Source: Edaphobacter aggregans (GTDB lineage Bacteria; Acidobacteriota; Terriglobia; Terriglobales; Acidobacteriaceae). Taken from it: a DNA stretch of 32,000 nucleotides. The stretch covers positions 5,610,001-5,642,000 of the forward strand of contig NZ_RSDW01000001.1 of assembly GCF_003945235.1 (NCBI RefSeq). Reading direction: 5' to 3'. Below are positions 25,078-32,000 of the stretch, piece by piece (the first letter of the stretch is position 1; every line of letters starts with the position of its first letter). The position numbers and the translations under genes were made by a program. The notes under the pieces are model-generated. The model made no database searches and had not been told where the DNA came from. It worked only from the letters and a program-made list of their open reading frames with translations.

Positions 25078-27129
25078 ATGGATCGACGGCGATTTCTGGC
25101 GAGCGCTGCTTCTCTAGGAATCATTGGCGTGTGGGCGACGCGATCGGCTGTCGTGTCGTCGCGAGTCGTATGGCGTGAGGACCGTGCGTCTTTTCCCCAA
25201 GGAGTCGCATCTGGCGATCCGGACGATCACAGCGTGGTCTTGTGGACCCGACGGCCATTCGACCAGGGCGAGCGGCAGGCACTGACGGTGGAAGTGGCGC
25301 GAGATGCGGATTTCCGCAGCGTCGTTGCCAGGGCGCGCTCGCCGGTGCTGGCAGCGGCCGACTGGACGTGCCGCGCGCTGGTCGGCGGCCTCTTGCCTGC
25401 GACGACCTATTGGTACCGCTTCACCGACGACAGTGGCGCCGGCAGTCGGGTCGGGCGCACGATCACCGCCCCGCGCGCCAGCGCCCCGCGCCCCGTCCGC
25501 TTCGCCTTCGTGTCGTGCAACAGCGTCAACGAAGGCGCGCAGAACGCCTTTCGCCGGATGATCTGGGAGGACGAGCGCGCGCCCGCAGACCGCAAGCTGG
25601 GCTTCGTGCTCCATCTGGGCGACTTTATCTACGAAGTCGTTGAATATCCCGACGAGGTGCCGCACCGCTATTCGCGCACCGTCTACGACATGGGCCGCAT
25701 TCCCGACGGCCGCAAGGTGGGCAATTTCCACGTGCCGACCAACCTCGCCGGCTATCGTCATGTCTATCGCGCACATATCGACGATCCCGACATCCAGGAC
25801 GCCCGCGCGCATTTTCCGTTCGTCTGCATCGGCGACAACCACGAATTCTCGTGGCAAGGCTGGCAGAGCTTCATCGAATACGGCGGCAAGATCGAGCCCG
25901 CGCAGCCCCTGCGCGTCGCCGCCAATCAGGCGTGGTGGGAATATATCCCGTCGCGCGTCCGCAAGGCCTCGGGCCCCGGGCTCGACCAGTTCGGCCCGCC
26001 GGAGGTGACGCGCGCGCCGATCGAAACATTAGACGATCATGGGTTCGGCACCGAGGCCAACAACCGCACCGCCGTCGGCAGCATGACCGCCTATCGCGCG
26101 CTGCGCTACGGCAAGCATGTCGATCTGATTCTCACCGACTTCCACAGCTATGCGATGCGGAATCCCGGGGAGCGTCCCGAAACGGACGTGTTCGACTCCA
26201 GCTTTCCGGTGGTTCCGCAGGAGTTGATGGAGATCATTGACGGGGGCAAGGAGTATGCCGGCGGCAATCCGCCCGCGACGATCACCATCGGCGACAAGAG
26301 CGCGCCCAATTTCCGCAAGGACGAGCCCGCCTACACCATGCTCGGCCGCGAGCAGAAAACGTGGCTCAAGGAGCGGCTGACGCGGTCGACCGCGACGTGG
26401 AAGATCTGGGGTGCGACCAACGGCACGCTCGACATGCGGACCGATCCGCAGAACCTGCCCGCCGGGCTAACGAAGGACAAATGGCCGGGCAAGGATTTCG
26501 GCGCCTTCGGCGGCGGCGATTTCAGCGGGGCGTTCAGCGAGCGTGCCGAAATCTATGACACCGTCCGCGACCACAAACTGTCGGGGTTCGTCACCATCTC
26601 GGGCGACCGCCACAGCTTCTGGGCCGGCTATGCCACCCCCAAATTGCCGCCAGCCGGGTTCGACCCGGTCGGGCTAAGCTTCATCACCGGTTCGATCTCC
26701 GCCCCCGGTCTCGCCGAAGCGGCCGAATACTATAAGGACTTCCCGCTGCTTCCGCTGTTCGTGCGCAAGGCGCCGGATGCCGCGCCCGAAGCGACGATCA
26801 ACCTGACGATCAAGCACGGCGTGCGCGCGGCGCTCGAATATGCGGCGAGCGGCGACATCGCAAAGGCGCGGGCGGTGACCAATCCCGACGTCGCACCGCA
26901 CCTGGAATTCGTTGACATGGCCGGACACGGCTATGCAGTGGTCAGTGCCGGCCCTGATGCGATCGATACCGAATTCATCTGCATCGTCCGCCCGATCACG
27001 CGCGCGGCGACCCCCGACGGTGGTCCGCTGCGTTACCGTGTATCGCATCGGGCGAGGCTGTGGCGGCCCGGTACGCCGCCGAAGCTCGAGCAGCAGGTCC
27101 TTGAAGGGGATGCAAAGCTGTCAGTTTGA
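25078..27129 (+). CDS. phoD: PhoD-family alkaline phosphatase/phosphodiesterase with Tat signal
   Basis: 683 aa. Twin-arginine leader MDRRRFLASAASLGIIGVWA. Motifs: FPQGVASGDPDDHSVVLWTR, VRFAFVSCN, LHLGDFIYE, IGDNHEF, ISGDRHSF. Very GC-rich: a hand count of 25381..25440 gives 40/60. Confidence 0.9.
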   Translation: MDRRRFLASAASLGIIGVWATRSAVVSSRVVWREDRASFPQGVASGDPDDHSVVLWTRRPFDQGERQALTVEVARDADFRSVVARARSPVLAAADWTCRALVGGLLPATTYWYRFTDDSGAGSRVGRTITAPRASAPRPVRFAFVSCNSVNEGAQNAFRRMIWEDERAPADRKLGFVLHLGDFIYEVVEYPDEVPHRYSRTVYDMGRIPDGRKVGNFHVPTNLAGYRHVYRAHIDDPDIQDARAHFPFVCIGDNHEFSWQGWQSFIEYGGKIEPAQPLRVAANQAWWEYIPSRVRKASGPGLDQFGPPEVTRAPIETLDDHGFGTEANNRTAVGSMTAYRALRYGKHVDLILTDFHSYAMRNPGERPETDVFDSSFPVVPQELMEIIDGGKEYAGGNPPATITIGDKSAPNFRKDEPAYTMLGREQKTWLKERLTRSTATWKIWGATNGTLDMRTDPQNLPAGLTKDKWPGKDFGAFGGGDFSGAFSERAEIYDTVRDHKLSGFVTISGDRHSFWAGYATPKLPPAGFDPVGLSFITGSISAPGLAEAAEYYKDFPLLPLFVRKAPDAAPEATINLTIKHGVRAALEYAASGDIAKARAVTNPDVAPHLEFVDMAGHGYAVVSAGPDAIDTEFICIVRPITRAATPDGGPLRYRVSHRARLWRPGTPPKLEQQVLEGDAKLSV

Positions 27130-27322
27130 TGACTTGTCATCGCATATGCAGCAAAGCGTCCCACTTGGGACCGACAAGACCGAAACGATGCTCGCGACCC
27201 AGGTCTATCGCCTGCTTGATCGCTCGCTCGTGCCTTGCTCAGCGATGCATTGCGGCGCGAGATTTCCAAGAAATTCATTTCGCTTGGGCAATAAGGGAGA
27301 TGATTCCTATTCACGAAACCTG

Positions 27323-27463
27323 GGGACAGACGAGACGTCAACCGATTCCGTGGCGCTTTTGGGGACAATAGCGGTGGTTGCGGCTGCAGGCACGGCGGCT
27401 ACACTGCTTCCGGCGCGGCGGGCATCGCGGGTTCAGATTGCGTCCATGATGCGGGAGAACTGA
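27323..27463 (+). pseudogene. FtsX/ADOP-type permease, last TM helix and tail only
   Basis: TDSVALLGTIAVVAAAGTAATLLPARRASRVQIASMMREN. Compare the ends of the two ADOP genes (...LPAHRAMRRNPVTAIREL, ...PAWRASRLDPIQALRTE). Nothing permease-like lies upstream of it. Confidence 0.55.
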
Positions 27464-27595
27464 AGTTCCGACCGGTTGGTTGGATGTATCAGGATCACTT
27501 CCTGCAAGCCGACTTTGCGGTACTAATGGAAGTTATGCCCGGATTAGTATCGATAAACGTCGATAGCTCAAAACGCGCTAAGAGAGGGCCGCAGG

Positions 27596-28195
27596 ATGAG
27601 AAAAGGGTTTACGAGAAGACCGAAAGCAGAGGAGCCCGCGGCGAACCACGGAAAGAACTACATTACTCCAGGCGGGATCGAACGCCTGAAAGATGAGCGC
27701 CATTTTTTGCTCACCAAGGATCGCCCGGCCGTGGTGGAGGTGGTGGCGTGGGCTGCGGGTAATGGCGATCGCAGTGAAAACGCCGATTATCAATACAGCA
27801 AGCGACGACTGCGGCAGATCGATGGACGGGTTCGCTTCCTGACAAAGCAAATCGAAGCCGCGGAGGTGGTAGATCCGGAAGCTCCGAGAACGGGGCAGCA
27901 GGCGACAAGGGCGTTCTTTGGAGCTACCGTGCGCTATGCGAATGCCGCGGGAGCGGAGCGAGTGGTGAGTATCGTCGGCACAGATGAAGTCAATGTCGAC
28001 CGCAACCACATCAGTTGGGCCTCACCACTGGGGCGCGCATTAATGAGATCGGCAAAAGACGATGAAGTGTTTCTTCATGCGCCGGGCGGCACTGAAACCC
28101 TGACCGTGCTGGAAGTGCGGTACGAGCGCATCTCCGTAGAACCGTTCCACGTACCATCTGGCCGCGGAGTCTCGACAAAGGGACTTGATCGCTGA
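27596..28195 (+). CDS. greB: transcript cleavage factor GreB (Gre family)
   Basis: 199 aa. [36 protein letters not shown] closely matches E. coli GreB [33 protein letters not shown]. The C-domain has [25 protein letters not shown]. There is a ~20-aa basic N-terminal extension. GAGGG SD. Confidence 0.85.
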   Translation: [199 protein letters not shown]

Positions 28196-28226
28196 CACTC
28201 AACGAGCGAAGCAATCGTCTCCTGAG

Positions 28227-28250
28227 TACCGATAAACGCTGATATCGGTA
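28227..28250 (+). terminator. hairpin downstream of greB
   Basis: TACCGATA-N8-TATCGGTA, 32 nt after the stop. No U-tract. Confidence 0.3.
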
Positions 28251-28613
28251 GCGTCGGATCGGTCAATAGATCTCATCATCGTTTACTCGGACCGTTCGGC
28301 AAAGGCCGAATACATTGTGCCGCCGAACCGCGATCGCCGCGTTGCCAGTTTCTCTACACGCATTATTCCTGTCTCGCTGAAGAGTTGGAAGAGCCTCTCG
28401 AAGTCGACCGGATATGGAACCCAAGGGCTCGGCCTGGATCGCTCTTATTCAACAATGCTTTGCCCTGAAGTCAACAATCCAGTGTCAGCGCGGAACGCCC
28501 ATTAGGAAAACCAAGGCCGGAGAATGCCCAGGACGGGTGGCATCTCGTTAGATGGCTCTACTTCCCCAAACGAGGTATCCCAAAACGGCGCAAAATCCCT
28601 CACGCTTGTGCGT

Positions 28614-29135
28614 ATGAGACACCTCCTCCTCGCGGCACTCCTGACCCTCGCGCCTGCCGCAGTTGCCCAGAGCTCCGTCTGCCTCTCCGCTATACCCGAC
28701 TACCTTCGCATCACCGTCGAGCAGGACAATTGGAAGATCCTCCAGCCCCAAGACCTCACCGTCAGAGACCTCCCCGTCTGGAAAGCCAACCACGCCGGCC
28801 AGTGCCCCGGCATCGCCTCGGGCAACTTCTATCCCAAGGCCCAGTCCTCCTACATCATCGCCCTCATTCGTCGCGATGGCGAGCGTGTCGAGGAGCAGAC
28901 CCTGCTGCTCACCCTCGACAAGAAAAACAGGACCGAAACCTCAGTAATAATCCCGCCAACCGCCGTGAATACGGTTGCCGTCGTTTGGAAACTCCCGCGC
29001 GGCCACTGGCGCGGCATCGACGGCACCATTGCCTCCATCTCCCAAGACTCCTTCGTCTCCGAGCAAATCATCTCTACCGCCACGCAGTACTACTACGACG
29101 GCAAGCACCTCAAGTCCTTTCTCTTGTCACGTTAG
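28614..29135 (+). CDS. secreted hypothetical protein
   Basis: I prefer ATG 28614 within track ORF 28524..29135. It gives the signal peptide MRHLLLAALLTLAPAAVAQ. No family recognised. Confidence 0.6.
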   Translation: MRHLLLAALLTLAPAAVAQSSVCLSAIPDYLRITVEQDNWKILQPQDLTVRDLPVWKANHAGQCPGIASGNFYPKAQSSYIIALIRRDGERVEEQTLLLTLDKKNRTETSVIIPPTAVNTVAVVWKLPRGHWRGIDGTIASISQDSFVSEQIISTATQYYYDGKHLKSFLLSR

Positions 29136-29262
29136 AATTCGGCACACAAAAGAAGAAGGGGCCGCACAAGCAGCCCTTTCCTCATCTGCGGATCTCAGGA
29201 TCGAATCCTTTCTCGCGCAAATGTATCCAGAACCGCATGCGTCGCCCAATCCATCCACAAAG

Positions 29263-29290
29263 GTGAGGGATGGCCAAAGCCATCCCTCAC
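29263..29290. terminator. strong hairpin between convergent genes (probable bidirectional terminator)
   Basis: GTGAGGGATGGC-caaa-GCCATCCCTCAC, perfect 12-bp arms. It is unlikely by chance in 32 kb. The flanks are A/T-rich on one side only. Confidence 0.55.
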
Positions 29291-29310
29291 ACTGCAAAAA
29301 TTACCTTCGT

Positions 29311-30948
29311 TTACTGAGTTGAACCCGCTGTAGAAGTTCCGGTAAGTGCTGGCGCAGCAGCCGGAGCAACAGCGCCATCAGCTGCCGGTACACTCTTTTC
29401 CACCCCGATCGCATTGCCCGAAACCACTAACTGCACCCGGCGATTCTGCGCCCGTCCCGCAACGGTATTGTTGTCGGCCACCGGCTGACTCTGCCCATAT
29501 CCGGTCGCCACAATGTTTGCCTGCGCAACGCCCTGCGTCACCAGGAAGTCCCTAACCGCGCCTGCCCGGTTCTCCGAGAGCTTCTGATTGAACTCCGTCG
29601 TTCCCGTGCTGTCCGTATACCCCTCCACCTGCAGCTTTAGCCCCGGATACGACTGCAGAATGCCTGACACCTTTGCCAGGCTAATCTGCGTGCCCGGTTT
29701 CAACGTGTACTTGCCGGTATCGAACAAGACATCCGACATGTTCACGATCAGTCCACGTGCTGACTCGCTGGTTGCCAATACAGTATTCAACTGGCCAAGC
29801 AGCTTCTCGCGTGCCTCCGCAGCGCTCTGAGCAGCCTTACTCGCAACCTCAGCGCGAGCACTTGCCGCTGCAGCCTCAGCCTCCGCCTTAGCGCGTTCGG
29901 CCTCTGCTCTCGCACGCTCCGCGTCGGCCTGTGCCTTCGCTGCTGCGGCCGTCTGAGCCTCCATTTGCGCACGCTGCGCTTGCAACTGTGACTCCGCGGC
30001 CTCTGCCTCGGCCTTCTGCTTTGCGAGTTGGGCGTTCATCTCTCGCTCAGCCGCCTGCTTGCGTAGTGTCACCAATCGCGCATCCTCTGCGCGCTGGACA
30101 GCCTGACGCGCAAACGTAATCTCAAGTTTCCGGTCCGGCTTTTTGCTTGAGTCTATATAAGAGGCGTTCTTCAGGTCCCGCATCGCCGCGCCCATGATGT
30201 CGTCAGCATACTTCTCCGCGCCGGCTTCCTTTGCAATCCGCACCGCGTTGCTCGCCTCGTAGAGCTCCAGCGGAGACTTCTCGTTCCGCGTGATGGGATT
30301 CGAAACCGTCTTCGATCCCTCCGACTCCGCATACGTGCCTCGCGGAAGCAACAGGTAATGCGCGTTCACCTTCTCCAGCACGCCGGTCGTTTTGTCCGGA
30401 ATAATCTGGTTCTGCAGTACCACCACATCGCTCGGCTGGGTCACCGAGTAATACGGCTCCGCCGTCACAACCAGCCCAAATGACTGCAAAGCTGTCGTGA
30501 CAGTGATACTGTTCCTCGTTCCCGCTGGCAAAACCTCACCCAGGTTGTTCGGCCGCCCGTCCGGAGTAATCGCCCACAGGACATAAGTCAGATATTCCTT
30601 CCCGAACCCGTTAGCCGGAGTCAGCCCATCAAATCTTGCCTCGATCACAATTCCGCCGCGCTCGCTCGTAACCTTCGCCTCACCCTTGGCTGTCGGCAGC
30701 AGAGTCGTGCCCTTGAACGCAATCTTCGTGGAATCACTGCGATGGAAATAGTTCACCGCATCCAGATCCCGCTGGACTACCTTCACCCGGTAAAGATAGA
30801 TGCCGTTCTCCTGCTTCGTAATCTCATTATTTTGCAGAGCCGTCTGCGAAGTAGGGTTAGCTTCCTGGGCTTGAAGCGGTGCACCCGAGGCCGACAACAA
30901 CCATCCACCCAAACCAATGCCGAACAACATCCTTCTCTTGCCGTTCAT
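29311..30948 (-). CDS. OmpA-family protein with signal peptide, DUF4398-like segment and long Ala/Glu/Gln coiled coil
   Basis: 545 aa. The C-terminal OmpA_C domain reads LFDTGKYTLKPGTQ...LQVEGYTDSTGTTEFNQKLSENRAGAVRDFL...NRRVQLVVSG. The middle reads AEREMNAQLAKQKAEAEAAESQLQAQRAQMEAQ...ERARAEAERAKAEAEAAA. Confidence 0.9.
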   Translation of the reverse strand: MNGKRRMLFGIGLGGWLLSASGAPLQAQEANPTSQTALQNNEITKQENGIYLYRVKVVQRDLDAVNYFHRSDSTKIAFKGTTLLPTAKGEAKVTSERGGIVIEARFDGLTPANGFGKEYLTYVLWAITPDGRPNNLGEVLPAGTRNSITVTTALQSFGLVVTAEPYYSVTQPSDVVVLQNQIIPDKTTGVLEKVNAHYLLLPRGTYAESEGSKTVSNPITRNEKSPLELYEASNAVRIAKEAGAEKYADDIMGAAMRDLKNASYIDSSKKPDRKLEITFARQAVQRAEDARLVTLRKQAAEREMNAQLAKQKAEAEAAESQLQAQRAQMEAQTAAAAKAQADAERARAEAERAKAEAEAAAASARAEVASKAAQSAAEAREKLLGQLNTVLATSESARGLIVNMSDVLFDTGKYTLKPGTQISLAKVSGILQSYPGLKLQVEGYTDSTGTTEFNQKLSENRAGAVRDFLVTQGVAQANIVATGYGQSQPVADNNTVAGRAQNRRVQLVVSGNAIGVEKSVPAADGAVAPAAAPALTGTSTAGSTQ

Positions 30949-31213
30949 GTCCCGTTCTCCTTACATAACGACGAATTGCCGAGCGAATGCTGTCCTTTAG
31001 CTAGAGGCCGGACACCCACCACGCAAGTCAAGTATGGCAGAGGGGTAAAGCTCGCGGGAAAAATCGCTCTCACACAAAAGAGGAGCGAAGAAAAGGTGAA
31101 GAAATCCAGGAAATTGCATCATCTGATCACTTCAGACAATCTGAGCTTCGCTCATTTCGGATTCTCAATGAGCGCAAAATCGCCAACTCACGCATCGACA
31201 AATGAGATCAAGG

Positions 31214-31239
31214 CAAGTTGCCGAATCGTAGGCAACTTG
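31214..31239. other. 9-bp-stem hairpin in the divergent intergenic region
   Basis: CAAGTTGCC-gaatcgta-GGCAACTTG. Function unknown. This is about chance expectation for a window of this size. Confidence 0.3.
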
Positions 31240-31445
31240 GACATTTGCCGGTTATTCGGCCACATACCGAAGACATAGGTCGATCTGTTATCGACAAGTG
31301 AAGATCGAAACTAATCATGCCCTTTTTTCGAGGCACCGGAGAAAAAGAGGTCCGCCTTCCCAGACCGTAGTCCCGCGCCATCAGTAACATTCATGGGAGC
31401 AACGGCTGTTCGCGACTTTGCCCTGGTTCTCAGACTCATGAGAGC

Positions 31446-32000
31446 ATGGCAGGCATGAAATCGATTCGACGTGGATTCATTCTGTCAGCGGTTATGAGTG
31501 CGGCACTCGTTGCCGGTGAAGTTTATGCACTTCCGAGGATTCAGAATTCGCAGAATACAGCCAACGCACCAGTGGCTACGCAGCTAGACGGATCTCACGA
31601 TTTCGATTTCCTCATCGGCGATTGGAAAGCACATGTTCGTCGACTCCCAGAACGCTTGAAGGGTTCGAACCGCTGGGTGGAATACGATGGCATCTCGAAT
31701 CATAAAAAACTCCTCGATAGCAACGCCAATCTCGAAGAGTTCGACGTTTCTACTCCCGATAGGAAACTTCGTATAAAGGCGCAAACGCTCCGGCTCTATA
31801 ACACTGAATCGCACCAGTGGAGTATTTACCTGGTGGATCTCGACAAAGGGACTCTGGAGCTTCCGCCGGTTGTGGGCCAGTTTTACGGAAAGCGTGGTGA
31901 ATTCTACAATCAGCAAACTTGGGAAGGCCGCGCAGTGCTAGTGCGCTATGTCTGGCTCGACATTTCACCTACATCATCGCGAATGGAACAGTCTTTTTCG
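31446..32000 (+). CDS. secreted hypothetical protein, N-terminal part (runs off the right edge)
   Basis: Absent from the track because there is no stop. Open from ATG 31446 to 32000 (185 codons): MAGMKSIRRGFILSAVMSAALVAGEVYA signal, then DFDFLIGDWKAHVRRL...WVEYDG...LRLYNTESHQWSIYLVDLDKGTL...GQFYGKRGEFYNQQTWEGRAVLVRYVWLDIS..SRMEQSFS. It resembles a widespread soil-bacterial family whose name I cannot give with confidence. Confidence 0.65.
   Translation, partial: MAGMKSIRRGFILSAVMSAALVAGEVYALPRIQNSQNTANAPVATQLDGSHDFDFLIGDWKAHVRRLPERLKGSNRWVEYDGISNHKKLLDSNANLEEFDVSTPDRKLRIKAQTLRLYNTESHQWSIYLVDLDKGTLELPPVVGQFYGKRGEFYNQQTWEGRAVLVRYVWLDISPTSSRMEQSFS

Noticed and set aside
25114-25857. 247-aa minus-strand ORF and several 60-130-aa ORFs inside phoD
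   Set aside because: They are antisense or off-frame shadows of a 67% GC gene. They are Arg/Ala-rich with no motifs.
29196-29210. tRNA-like T-arm (CAGGATCGAATCCTT)
   Set aside because: Only a 3-bp stem is possible, and no acceptor, D or anticodon arms can be built around it. This is a chance resemblance.
29780-30050. Repetitive GC-rich stretch that could be mistaken for a tandem repeat array
   Set aside because: It is in frame within the OmpA-family gene and encodes the Ala/Glu/Gln coiled coil. It has no fixed-period repeat units or spacers.

Overview
This 32-kb chromosomal segment probably comes from an Acidobacteriota (Terriglobia-like) bacterium. The basis is two PadR + ADOP (acidobacterial duplicated orphan permease) gene pairs. 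Hand-counted 60-nt lines in core genes give about 58-60% GC.

Content from left to right:
- A minus-strand block of small ORFs, a DUF1003 membrane protein, inorganic pyrophosphatase and a DUF3147-like protein.
- A CBM48/GH13 alpha-glucan enzyme and a Rieske + FAD oxidoreductase.
- A decayed UdgX-like uracil-DNA glycosylase and a decayed TPR-like gene.
- A membrane-anchored winged-helix/TPR regulator, divergent from a secreted PAP2/vanadium-haloperoxidase-like enzyme.
- An IS110 transposase stub, then two tandem PadR-ADOP modules.
- A ~4.5-kb graveyard of mobile-element remnants (RIT-type recombinase tail, ParB, esterase, phage-type integrase) around one intact IS110 transposase.
- A compositional mosaic: a 43% GC DUF1801 gene, a 67% GC Tat-PhoD phosphatase and an FtsX permease stub.
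- greB, a secreted hypothetical protein, a coiled-coil OmpA-family protein and a partial secreted protein.

I saw no rRNA, tRNA, CRISPR array or reverse transcriptase.

The most unusual property is the number of disrupted reading frames, affecting at least 11 genes. Most lesions are 1-nt changes in short homopolymers. Four more are in-frame stops, each one transition away from a Trp or Gln codon. This is either assembly error or genuine decay, and the sequence alone cannot decide.

I found no convincing new multi-gene system. The best leads are the PadR-ADOP modules with a shared inverted-repeat motif, the IS110 flanks (possible bridge RNA) and the UdgX-like gene. All family names come from motif recall; no searches were run.
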